From an uncultured Chloroflexia bacterium (GTDB taxonomy: Bacteria; Chloroflexota; Limnocylindria; Limnocylindrales; CSP1-4): a stretch of 64,000 bases of DNA. The DNA lies in contig CAVQYU010000004.1 in NCBI GenBank assembly GCA_963718285.1, positions 86,838 to 150,837 on the forward strand. Direction: 5' to 3'. Shown here in pieces: positions 1 to 9,288 of the stretch (position 1 is the first letter of the stretch; every line of letters begins with the position of its first letter). Position numbers and translations under genes: made by a program. The notes under the pieces were generated by a model. That model made no database searches. It had not been told where the DNA came from and saw only the letters and a list, made by a program, of their open reading frames with translations.

Positions 1-1502
1 CTGCGCCGGCCGCGGCGCCGACCTGTTCGAATCGACGGCCGCCGAGAACATCGGGGCGATGATCCTGGGCGTCGCGGTCTACACGATCGCCAAGGCCGCC
101 GGCTGGGCCCATCCCGAGGCGTGGATCTTCTTCCCGCTCGTCGTCCGGGCGTTCGGCCTGCTGTCCACGATCGTGGCGATCTTCTTCGTCCGCGGGCGCG
201 AGGACGAGGACCCGATGAACATGCTCAACCGGGGCTACTGGGTCACGACCGCCCTGTCGGTCGTCGGCCTGCTGATCGCGACCAACGTGATGATGCAGAC
301 CGGCAGCCAGGTCGGGCGCAGCGGCATTCCCGACCTGGGTCTGGTTCTTCGGGGCCGGCGTGGTCGGCCTGGCCACCAGCGTCGCCTTCGTCTACATCAC
401 CCAGTTCTACACGGCCGGCTCGTACCGGCCGGTCCGGGAGATCGCCGAGGCGTCCAAGACGGGTCCGGCGACGAACATCATCTCGGGCGTCGCGGTCGGC
501 TTCGAGACCACCTTCGCCACCGCGATCACGATCGGCATCGCCCTCTTCGCCAGCCACTGGCTCGGCTCGCAGGCCGGCCTGACCGACGCCAACGGCACGA
601 ACGTGGGCGGGATCTTCGGCACCGCCGTGGCGACGATGGGCATGCTCATGACCACGGCCTACGTCCTGGCCATGGACACCTTCGGGCCGATCACCGACAA
701 CGCCGGCGGGATCGCCGAGTTCAGCCGGGCCGAGGCCGGCGCCCGCGAGATCACCGACCGGCTCGACGCCGTCGGCAACACGACCAAGGCCCTGACCAAG
801 GGCTACGCGATCGCGTCGGCCTCGCTGGCCGCGTTCCTGCTGTTCAGCGCCTACATCGACAAGGTCAACCTGATCCTCGGCCGCCAGATCGCCGCCGGCG
901 AGGCCGACGTCAAGCTGCTGACCTCGGTCGACCTGGCCAACGTCAACGTGTTCATCGCCGCCCTGCTGGCGGCGATGCTCGTCTACTTCTTCAGCTCGCT
1001 GGCCATCCGGGCGGTGGGCAAGACGGCCCAGGCGATCATCGTCGAGGTCCGCCGCCAGTTCCGGGAGATGCCCGGGATCATGGACTACACCCAGCGCCCG
1101 GACTACGCCCGGGTCGTCGACATCACCACCCGCGCCGCCCTGCGCGAGATGGTCCTGCCGGGCGTGGTCGCGGTCAGCACCCCGATCATCGTCGGCGTCC
1201 TGCTGGGCTACGAGGCCGTGGCCGGCATGCTGATGGTGGGCACGATCTCCGGGGTCATGCTGGCCACCGTCCTGAACAACAGCGGCGGGGCCTGGGACAA
1301 CGCCAAGAAGTACATCGAGTCGGGCCACCTCCTCGACGAGGCCGGCAACGTGCTCGGCAAGAAGACCGAGGCCCATGCCGCGGCGGTCGTCGGCGACACG
1401 GTCGGCGATCCGTTCAAGGACACGGCCGGCCCGTCGCTCCACGTCCTCGTCAAGCTGCTGGCCACCGTCACCCTCGTCCTGGCCCCGCTCTTCATCCGCT
1501 AG
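1..1502 (+). CDS. hppA: Membrane H+-translocating pyrophosphatase, K+-independent type (5' truncated; indel near 330-360)
   Basis: Motifs DTFGPITDNAGGIAE, LDAVGNTTKALTKG, GGAWDNAKK and GDTVGDPFKDTAGPS. GNTTK (Lys) is the K+-independent signature. Confidence 0.93.
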
Positions 1503-1598
1503 GGAGCGACGCCTCCATCCGGTCGGGCCTCAGGGTCCGGCCGGCGGCCGGAGCCCGACGCCCCGACGCCTGAGCGCGGCCGGCCACCAGGAGGCCTC

Positions 1599-2426
1599 GT
1601 GGATATCACCTTCCAGGCGCTGATCATGGGCATCGTCCAGGGCCTGACCGAGTTCCTGCCCGTGTCCAGCTCGGGCCACCTCGTGATCGTGCCCTACCTG
1701 CTGGGCTGGACCGACCCGTTCATCACCTCGCTCGCGTTCAGCGTGATGCTCCACCTGGGCACGCTCGTCGCCCTGCTGGTCTACTTCTGGCGGACTGGCT
1801 CGTCATCGTGCCGGCCGGCTTCGCGACCCTGCGCGAGCGGTCGTTCAAGGGCGATCCGAACCGCCGCCTGGCCTGGCTGCTGGTCGTCGCCACGATCCCG
1901 GCCGTCATCGCCGGCCCGATCCTCAACGACCGGCTGGAGGCCGCGGTCCGGACCGCCGAGGACGTGGCCGTCGCGATGGTCATCGGCGCCGCGATCCTGT
2001 GGCTGGCCGACCAGGTCGGCCGCGAAGACGGTCGAGGTCGAGAAGGTCTCGTTTCCGCTCGCGCTCGTCATCGGCGTGGCCCAGTCGATCGCCCTCGTGC
2101 CGGGCATCAGCCGGGCCGGGATCACGATCTCGGCCGGCCTGTTCGCCGGCCTGACCCGCGAGGCGGCGGCCCGCTTCAGCTTCCTGATGGCCACGCCGAT
2201 CATCGCCGGGGCCGGGCTCTTCGAGGCGCGCAACCTGGTCGCGCGGCGAGGCCGGCGTCGCGGTCCAGGTCGGGCCGCTGGTGGTGGGCATGGTCGCCGC
2301 CCTCGTCGCCGGCCTGGTGGCGATCACCTGATGCTGCGCTACGTCCGGACGCGCTCGTACCTGGTCTTCGTGGCCGAACGGGTGGTGATCGCCGGCCTCG
2401 TCCTCGTCGTCTTCCTGTCGCGCTGA
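1599..2426 (+). CDS. uppP: Undecaprenyl-diphosphate phosphatase (indels)
   Basis: GIVQGLTEFLPVSSSGH, PGISRAGITI and AARFSFLM motifs; the middle part is in an alternate frame (ORF 1808). Confidence 0.93.
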   Translation: MDITFQALIMGIVQGLTEFLPVSSSGHLVIVPYLLGWTDPFITSLAFSVMLHLGTLVALLVYFWRTGSSSCRPASRPCASGRSRAIRTAAWPGCWSSPRSRPSSPARSSTTGWRPRSGPPRTWPSRWSSAPRSCGWPTRSAAKTVEVEKVSFPLALVIGVAQSIALVPGISRAGITISAGLFAGLTREAAARFSFLMATPIIAGAGLFEARNLVARRGRRRGPGRAAGGGHGRRPRRRPGGDHLMLRYVRTRSYLVFVAERVVIAGLVLVVFLSR

Positions 2427-2478
2427 TGGCCAGTCAGGGCCGATCCGGGCAGATAAGCGAAGACCACTGGACGGCGCC

Positions 2479-3003
2479 ATGGAGGTGATGAAGCAGCTCC
2501 GCCAGCGCTCGATCCGGGACCTGGTCGACCAGCGCCTGATCCGGACGCAGCAGGAGCTCGCCGCGGCCCTCCGCGAGCGTGGCTTCCGGACGACCCAGGC
2601 GACGATCAGCCGCGACGTCGCCGAGCTGGGCCTGATCAAGGTCGGCCGCGAGGGGACCCAGGCCTACGCCCTGCCGCCGCGCCTCGTCGAGGCCGAGATC
2701 AGCGGCGAGGACCGGCTGCGCAAGCTGTTCCGCGACCTGCCGGTCGAGATCCGGGAGGCCGGCCTGCTGCTCGTCATCCGCACCCTGCCCGGCTCGGCGC
2801 ATGCGATCGCGGCCGCCCTCGACCGGGCCCGCTGGCCGGAGGTGGCCGGCTCGATCGCGGGCGACGACACCCTCTTCGTCGCGTTCACCGACCGCGGCTC
2901 GCTGGGCCGCGTCAAGCGGCGCCTGCTGCGCCTCACGAAGGACGGGCATCGAGCCGACGGCCCCGAGCGTCGCGCTTTGACACTGGGAGGGCCCGCGAAG
3001 TAG
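2479..3003 (+). CDS. argR: Arginine repressor
   Basis: TQQEL...TQATISRD winged HTH and GSIAGDDT arginine-binding motif. Confidence 0.93.
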   Translation: MEVMKQLRQRSIRDLVDQRLIRTQQELAAALRERGFRTTQATISRDVAELGLIKVGREGTQAYALPPRLVEAEISGEDRLRKLFRDLPVEIREAGLLLVIRTLPGSAHAIAAALDRARWPEVAGSIAGDDTLFVAFTDRGSLGRVKRRLLRLTKDGHRADGPERRALTLGGPAK

Positions 3004-3006
3004 CAT
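2977..3006 (+). promoter_or_regulatory. Sigma70-type promoter for greA-lysS-serS
   Basis: TTGACA (2977-2982), 18 nt spacer, TAGCAT (3001-3006). Confidence 0.65.
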
Positions 3007-3017
3007 TCGGGCCGGCT

Positions 3018-3064
3018 GAACTTCAGGTCCGCCTCCAGCGGCGGAGGCCTGGAGTTCTTCGTTT
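3018..3064 (+). terminator. Hairpin with T-rich tail in the greA leader
   Basis: GAACTTCAGGTCCGCC...GGCGGAGGCCTGGAGTTC followed by TTCGTTT. Confidence 0.5.
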
Positions 3065-3117
3065 ACCAAGACCCCGCTGGCCGTTGCGCCCAGATCCCCA
3101 TGGGGGCCCCCCACACC

Positions 3118-3583
3118 GTGAACAACAAGCCCACCTACCTCTCCCAGGGCGGCCTCGAGAAGCTCCGCGACGAGCTGGACGAGATGGTCCAGGTTCGGCG
3201 CGCCGAGGTCGCCGGCCGGATCCACGATGCCAAGGAGCACGGCGACCTCTCCGAGAACGCCGAGTACGAGGACGCCAAGAACGAGCAGGCGTTCGTCGAG
3301 GGCCGGATCCAGACCCTCGAGGCGCTGATCAAGAACGCCACGATCATCGACGAGCACCATTCCACCGAGCACGTCCAGATCGGCTCGACGGTCATCGTCG
3401 AGAGCGGCGACGGGACCGAGTCGTTCACGATCGTGGGCTCGGCCGAGGCGGCCCCGAGAGAGGGCCGGATCTCGAACGAGTCGCCGGTCGGGCGGGTCCT
3501 GCTGGGCAAGAAGAAGGGCGACAAGGTCGTCGTCAAGGTGCCCGGCCGGCGACTTCACCTACACGATCACCAAGATCAGCTGA
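3118..3583 (+). CDS. greA: Transcription elongation factor GreA (indel near the 3' end)
   Basis: HGDLSENAEY and ISNESPVG motifs; the true C-terminus GDFTYTITKIS* is in a shifted frame. Confidence 0.93.
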
Positions 3584-3610
3584 CCGGGTCCGACCCAGGG
3601 AGCTCGGGCC

Positions 3611-5239
3611 ATGGATTGGGCGGACGAGCTGGCCGCCTCGGTCGACGGGACCGCAGGTCGTCAACGACAGCAAGACACCATCGGGCACCGTCCACGTGGG
3701 CAGCCTGCGCGGGCCGGTGATCCTCGACGTGATCGCCCGGGCCCTGCGCGCCCGCGGGCACCGAGACGAGCCTGCTGCTACGGGATCGACGACCTCGATC
3801 CGATGGACGCCCAGGCGCTCCTGACGCCGGATGCCGTCGAGCACGAGATGGGCCGGCCGCTGGCCCACGTGCCCGACCAGGCCGGCGACTGCCACGCCTC
3901 GTACGCCCGCCACCACGCCCAGACGTTCATCGACACGTTCGCCGGCCTCGGCATCCAGCCCGATCGCTACTACTGGATGAGCGAGCTGTACGCCGCCGGC
4001 ACGGTCGACCCGTACATCCGGATCGCGCTCGACCGGGCCGAGGCCGTCCGGGCGATCTACCTGCGCGTCGCCAAGGTCCAGCATCCGGCCGACTGGCACC
4101 CGATCCAGGTCGATCTGCGAGAACTGCGGCCGGATCGGCACCACGATCGTGACGCGACTGGGACGGCCAGCGGATCTACTACGAATGCCGGCCGAACCTC
4201 GTCACCTGGGCCACGGGCTGCGGCCACAGCCGGCTGGGTCGAGCCGTTCGGCGGCCGGGCCAAGCTCGGCTGGAACCTCGAGTGGGCCGCCCAGTGGAGC
4301 ATCTTCGGGGTGACGATCGAGCCGTGCGGCAAGGACCTCGCCACGGCCGGCGGCTCGCGCGACCGGGCCGACGCGATCGCCCGCGAGATCTTCGAGCGCG
4401 AGCCGCCGCTCAACGTGCCGTACGAGTTCCTGAACATCGGCGGCCGCAAGATGTCGACCTCCAAGGGCCTCGGCGTCGCGGCCCACGAGATCGTCCGAGG
4501 TCGTCCCGCCCGAGCAGCTCCGCCTGCTCTTCCTGCGTCCGCGGCCGCAGACCGCGATCGAGTTCGACCCGGTCGGCACGGACGCGATCCCGCGCCTGTT
4601 CGACGAGTTCGACCGGCTGGCCGACGCGACGGCCGGGCGGCCCGTCCGGGGCGAGCTGCCGGCCGGCCACGAGAGCGTCTTCCGCTACTCGCTGCTCGAT
4701 CCGGCCGCCGACGTGGCGGCCGTCGCCGCGGCGTTCCGGCCGGCCTTCGGCCACCTGGCGCTCCTCCGCCAGATCCCGGGGGTCGACATCGACGCCCGGA
4801 TCGAGGCCGAGAAGGGCGGCCCGCTGACCGCCGGCCGAGGCGGCCACCTTGCGCGAGCGGATCGCCGCCGCCGATGCCTGGCTCGAGGCGTTTGCGCCCG
4901 GACAAGGTCGCGGATCGCGGTCCGCCGCGACGGCCTGCCCGACGAGGCCGCCGCGCTGGAGCGCGGACCAGCGGGCGTGGCTCGGCGGCCTGGCCGAGGC
5001 GGTCGCCGGCGGCCCGCCGGTCCGGCGTCCGGCGATGCCTGGCAGGCCCTGATCTTCTCGACCGCGACCGAGCGCCGGGCTGCCCCCCGGCGGGCCTTCG
5101 CGCGCGCTCTACCTGGCCTTCCTCGGGCCGCCCGAACGGGCCCCGGGCCGGCTGGCTGCTGGCCAGCCTCGAACCCGCCTTCGTGCAGGAGCGGCTGCGG
5201 GCCGCCGCGGCCGGAGCCGGCCGTGCAGGAGCCGCATGA
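3611..5239 (+). CDS. lysS: Lysyl-tRNA synthetase, class I (multiple indels)
   Basis: N-terminal [18 protein letters not shown] (HIGH-like), EPCGKDL, KMSTSKG (KMSKS-like) and C-terminal GPRAGWLL. Confidence 0.9.
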   Translation: MDWADELAASVDGTAGRQRQQDTIGHRPRGQPARAGDPRRDRPGPARPRAPRRACCYGIDDLDPMDAQALLTPDAVEHEMGRPLAHVPDQAGDCHASYARHHAQTFIDTFAGLGIQPDRYYWMSELYAAGTVDPYIRIALDRAEAVRAIYLRVAKVQHPADWHPIQVDLRELRPDRHHDRDATGTASGSTTNAGRTSSPGPRAAATAGWVEPFGGRAKLGWNLEWAAQWSIFGVTIEPCGKDLATAGGSRDRADAIAREIFEREPPLNVPYEFLNIGGRKMSTSKGLGVAAHEIVRGRPARAAPPALPASAAADRDRVRPGRHGRDPAPVRRVRPAGRRDGRAARPGRAAGRPRERLPLLAARSGRRRGGRRRGVPAGLRPPGAPPPDPGGRHRRPDRGREGRPADRRPRRPPCASGSPPPMPGSRRLRPDKVADRGPPRRPARRGRRAGARTSGRGSAAWPRRSPAARRSGVRRCLAGPDLLDRDRAPGCPPAGLRARSTWPSSGRPNGPRAGWLLASLEPAFVQERLRAAAAGAGRAGAA

Positions 5240-6593
5240 GCGTCGGCCTGCAGCGCCTGCGCGACGATGCGCCGATGCGATCCGCCAGGGCGCGATCGAC
5301 AAGGGCGAGGACCCGGCGATCGTCGATGCGGCCCTGGCCGCCGACGCCCGCCGCCGGGAGCTGCTGGCCGAGGGCGACCGCCTCAAGGCCGAGCGCAACA
5401 CGGCGTCGAAGGCGATCGGCGAGGCGATCCGGGCCGGGGCCGACCCGACGGGCCCGAGACGCGCGGCCCTGCGGGCCCACTCGACCGCGGCCGGCGAGCG
5501 GATCGCGGCGATCGACGCCGAGCTGGCCGACGGTCGAGGCGAGCGTCGAGGACCTCCTCCTGCGGATCCCCAACCCGGCCGACCCCGACATCCCGGTCGG
5601 CGGCGAAGAGGCGAACGTCACGATCCGGGAGTGGGGCGAGCAGCTGCCCGGCGTCCAGCCGCTGAGCGGCGAGGTCGGCGCCGACGCCCCGCCCGGCGGC
5701 CCGAGCTGGGAGCGCCGGCCGCACTGGGAGGTCGGCGCCGGCCTCGGGATCTTCGATCTCGAGCGCGGCGCGAAGATCGCCGGCTCGGGCTTCCCCGTCT
5801 ATCGCGGCCTCGGGCTCGGCCCTCCAGCGCGCGCCTGATCAGCTGGTTCCTCGACGTCCACACCCGCGAGAACGGCTTCACCGAGATCTGGCCGCCGGCG
5901 GTGGTCAACGCCGCATCGGCCCGGGGCACCGGCCAGATCCCGGACAAGGAAGACCAGATGTACGTCGTCGGCCGCGACGACCTGTACCTCGTGCCGACGG
6001 CCGAGGTCCCGGTCACGAACCTCCACCGCGACGAGATCTTCGAGGCGTCCGAGCTGCCCGTCCGCTACGCGGCCTACTCGCCCTGCTTCCGGCGCGAGGC
6101 CGGCGCCGCCGGCAAGGACACCCGGGGGATCCTCCGCGTCCACCAGTTCGACAAGGTCGAGATGGTCCTCTTCGAGCGGCCCGAGGCGAGCCGCGGCGGC
6201 CCTCGAATGGATGACCGGGCGGGCCGAGGACCTCCTCCAGCGCCTCGGCCTGGCCTATCGGGTGCTGCTCATGGCCACCCGCGAGATGGGCTTCACCCAG
6301 GGCCGCAAGTACGACATCGAGGTCTGGGCGCCCGGCGTGGAGCGCTGGCTCGAGGTCAGCTCGTGCTCGAACTTCCGCGACTACCAGGCCCGCCGGATGG
6401 CCGTCCGCTACCGGCCCGAGCCCGGCGCCAAGCCCGAGCTCGTGCACACCCTCAACGGCTCGGGCCTGGCCCTGCCGCGGGTCGTCGCGGCGATCCTCGA
6501 GACGTTCCAGAACCCCGACGGCATCGGTGGCCGTGCCCGAGGTGCCTGCGGCCGTATCTCGGCCAGGCGGCGGAGCTTCGCCCGCCGGCCTGA
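5236..6593 (+). CDS. serS: Seryl-tRNA synthetase (multiple indels)
   Basis: [48 protein letters not shown] and HTLNGSGLA motifs. Confidence 0.95.
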
Positions 6594-6614
6594 TCGCGCT
6601 ATCCTCGGGCCGCC

Positions 6615-6704
6615 GGAGAGGTGGCAGAGCGGTCGAATGCGGCGGTCTTGAAAACCGCAGAGGGTGCAAGCCTTCCCTGGGTTCGAATCCCAGCCTCTCC
6701 GCCA
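6615..6704 (+). tRNA. tRNA-Ser(TGA)
   Basis: Cloverleaf with long variable arm, anticodon loop CTTGAAA, GTTCGAATC, encoded CCA. Confidence 0.96.
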
Positions 6705-6722
6705 GCCTGGCCGGCGCGTCGC

Positions 6723-6898
6723 TGTTGATCCTGGTGGGACAAAGCCGCCATTTCGCGTGCGGCCCACGCCGCGCGCCAGTCGGTACATCGTCAATTCATC
6801 CCGGCCCACGCTTGGCTCGGGATCGAATCCGGGCTATGAGTGCGCGGACGCCTGCTCGAACGGCGCGAAACCCTCGATTTGTCCCATCGAGATCAACA
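6723..6898. repeat. Inverted-repeat-bounded MITE/REP-like element, copy 1
   Basis: TGTTGATCCTGGTGGGACAAA (6723-6743) vs TTTGTCCCATCGAGATCAACA (6878-6898); inner TTTCGCG/CGCGAAA pair. Confidence 0.65.
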
Positions 6899-7072
6899 TC
6901 GATACGACGCCGGCCCCGTCGCCGGGTCTGTGGCCCGGCCCCGCCTCCCACCGGGTGCCGCGGCCCCGGTACTTCCGGCGGCCCACCCTAGTACGATCAG
7001 TGAGCGCCGCGCCATACCCGGATGTGCCCTCCGAGCTGGTGCGCGACGAGTCAGGAAGCAGAGGGTCTGACC

Positions 7073-7777
7073 ATGCGAAGACTGATCGCCAGCACACTCG
7101 GTGCGCTCCTGCTCGTGGCCCTGATGGTGGCGCCCACCATGGCCCACACGGCCTCCGCCACCTGCGATCACATCACCCTGGGCAAGGTGCCCAACGGGGT
7201 CTCGGCCACGCTGACGCCGGGTCCGATCGTGATCAGCCCGCCCAACAAGACGACGTCGATCAACGGCACCTACGAAGTGCCTCCAGCCACCTACCAGATC
7301 GTCTTCTCCGACGGCTCGATCATTCACAGGATCACCGTCCCGTCCTGCCCGTCGCCGAGCCCGAGCACCTCACCCACGCCGACGCCAACGAGCAGCGCGA
7401 CGCCGAGCCCGTCCCCGGTCCCCAGTCCAAGCCCCTCGGGTGGTGGCCCGAGCCCGACGCCCAGTGCCAGCCCAACGCCCAGCAGCTCACCTAGCCCGAC
7501 GCCGAGCAGCTCACCCAGTGCCACGCCGTCCCCCAGCTCGGTCGTGACTCCGACTCCGCCGCCAACGCCCACCCCGACACCATCGTCGGGTCAGGTCCAG
7601 GGCGCGACAGCGACACCGAGGCCAACCGTCCCCGCGACCGACACGCTGGCCGACTCAGGCAGCGACGGGCTGTCGGCGGGCCTGCCGATCTTCCTCTTCC
7701 TGCTCATCGGGATCAACGTCAGCCTGACCCTGCTCCTGCGCACCCAGGGCCAGCCGGGTCGTCGCCGCCGGGGCTGA
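7073..7777 (+). CDS. Secreted Pro/Ser/Thr-rich surface protein with a C-terminal sorting-like signal
   Basis: Signal peptide MRRLIAST...ASA, small beta domain, SPSP linker, VPATDT motif, TM helix, RRRRG tail. Confidence 0.8.
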   Translation: MRRLIASTLGALLLVALMVAPTMAHTASATCDHITLGKVPNGVSATLTPGPIVISPPNKTTSINGTYEVPPATYQIVFSDGSIIHRITVPSCPSPSPSTSPTPTPTSSATPSPSPVPSPSPSGGGPSPTPSASPTPSSSPSPTPSSSPSATPSPSSVVTPTPPPTPTPTPSSGQVQGATATPRPTVPATDTLADSGSDGLSAGLPIFLFLLIGINVSLTLLLRTQGQPGRRRRG

Positions 7778-7818
7778 ATCCCTTCAGCCCAACGAGGCCG
7801 GGAATCCGAGCCGGGAAT

Positions 7819-7850
7819 CGAAACGGGCGCCGATTCCGGCGCCCGTTTCG
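7819..7850. terminator. Bidirectional intrinsic terminator
   Basis: CGAAACGGGCGCCG-ATTC-CGGCGCCCGTTTCG between convergent genes. Confidence 0.75.
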
Positions 7851-7869
7851 GATGAGTCCTGGAAGCCTG

Positions 7870-8076
7870 TTAGACGCTATGCCCGACGTTGCTGAGGATC
7901 TTGGAAACCTGTCCGCCCAGGAAGATCAGGGCGATGATGGCGACGATCGCGATGAGGGCGAGGATGAGTGCGTATTCAGCGAGACCCTGACCAGCGGTCA
8001 GGAAGCGCCGGGTGCGCAATACAGCGGTAAGCGTCTCCGAAGAGATGCTGCTGTACCAGGAATACAGTCGAGTCAC
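7870..8076 (-). CDS. flp: Flp/Fap (Tad-type) pilin
   Basis: G|QGLAEYALILALIAIVAI Flp motif; strong RBS AAGGAGGTG upstream of the GTG start. Confidence 0.9.
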   Translation of the reverse strand: MTRLYSWYSSISSETLTAVLRTRRFLTAGQGLAEYALILALIAIVAIIALIFLGGQVSKILSNVGHSV

Positions 8077-8126
8077 GTTTTCACCTCCTTTCTTTCGGAT
8101 TTCGGAACATAGTACGTGCCGCCGTT

Positions 8127-8174
8127 AGGCTACTTGAGCCGTCTTTCGGGGGTCAACAGTACCGATGGCGTACT
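8127..8174 (-). promoter_or_regulatory. flp promoter with an adjacent palindromic site
   Basis: Minus strand TTGACC-18-TAGCCT; AGTAC-N7-GTACT (8158-8174) abuts the -35. Confidence 0.5.
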
Positions 8175-8197
8175 GGGTACGGCCCGCTCCTTCAGGA

Positions 8198-8440
8198 ATG
8201 AGTCAGGAAGCTGCTAGACACTCCCGGCCTGTGCCGCTCGTGTGCTCACAGCCGCCAGATCCGCACCGCCCGCGGCTCGGTCTACTGGCTGTGCCAGCTG
8301 TCAACGATCGACCCGCGTTTCCCGCGCTACCCGGCCCTCCCGGTCCGAACCTGCTCTGGCTTCGAGCCATCCATCGGCCGGGTCCGGCCGGCGCCCGGGC
8401 CGACCCCCTCGAGGCCGAGCCTGGGTCGGAGCGGCACTGA
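8198..8440 (+). CDS. Small Cys-rich (putative Zn-binding) hypothetical protein; core frame missed by the ORF track
   Basis: Frame from 8226 reads GLCRSCAHSRQIRTARGSVYWLCQLSTIDPRFPRYPALPVRTCSGFEP; the ends need indel correction. Confidence 0.6.
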   Translation: MSQEAARHSRPVPLVCSQPPDPHRPRLGLLAVPAVNDRPAFPALPGPPGPNLLWLRAIHRPGPAGARADPLEAEPGSERH

Positions 8441-8550
8441 TTCGCCGGGCCCATTAGGCTTGAGTCCCGGGCCCACCAGGCCTGGCCTACGGAAGTCGGC
8501 CAGCAGACTGGGCCGGCACCAGACGCCACCCTCGACCACGGAGTCCGACC

Positions 8551-9185
8551 ATGACCGAGCAGCCGTCCTTCGAGCGCGAAGAGGACATCGTCGATGGCGA
8601 TGCCGCGACGCACCTCGAAGCCCTTGGCTTCGGCGCGGTCGTGCCGGCCCCCCAGGTCGCCCGCAGCGAGGGGCTCCCGCTCGAGCTCGTCGGCCAGCAC
8701 CTGCGCCTGTCGGGCACGGTCAACATCGGCTTCCACAATCGGCTGTCCGACTTCATGAACAACAACGACGGCCTGATCCACCTTCGCGACGTCACCGTGC
8801 TCCGGCGCAACGGTGATCCGACCAAGGTCACCTCCCCGGCATCTGGGTGAACCCCGAAGAGGTGACCCTGATCGGCGAGCTGTCCGACGTCGACGAGCCG
8901 GCCACCGGCAGTCACGAGTACCGGGAGAAGAAGGCCTTCTACCTGATCGTCGTCACCCCCGGTCACACCCTGACCGGCGCGATCCACCTGAACCCGCAGG
9001 CGGTCCTGTCGGCCTTCATCGAATCGCGCGATCCGATGTGGATTCCGATGACCGACGTACGCACCCGATCGCTGGCCGACCGGCGGGTGATCTCCCGCTA
9101 CGCCTTCACCGTAATCAATAGACGCCACATCGTGGCGGCTACCGAGCTGGCGCCCGGCCTCATCCGCGGGAAAGGCGTGCTGTAG
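8551..9185 (+). CDS. Hypothetical protein with two tandem DUF6812-like domains (indel near 8840)
   Basis: Both halves show L-x-G-x-[VI]...RLSD/LSAF...I-x-[LM]-x-DV; the two ORFs overlap at one frameshift. Confidence 0.65.
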
Positions 9186-9288
9186 GCGCTGCGGTGCGCA
9201 CTGGCAACGGGTGGTTAGCCGGGTCTGGACGAAACCGGGTGAGTCTGGAGTACGCTCCGCGTCCGGGCTAGGTGCATAGCGAGCGAAC

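Noticed and set aside
1599-6593. Pseudogene calls for frameshifted uppP, lysS and serS
   Set aside because: These are essential or conserved genes with intact motifs and only single-base indels, so sequencing error is much more likely.
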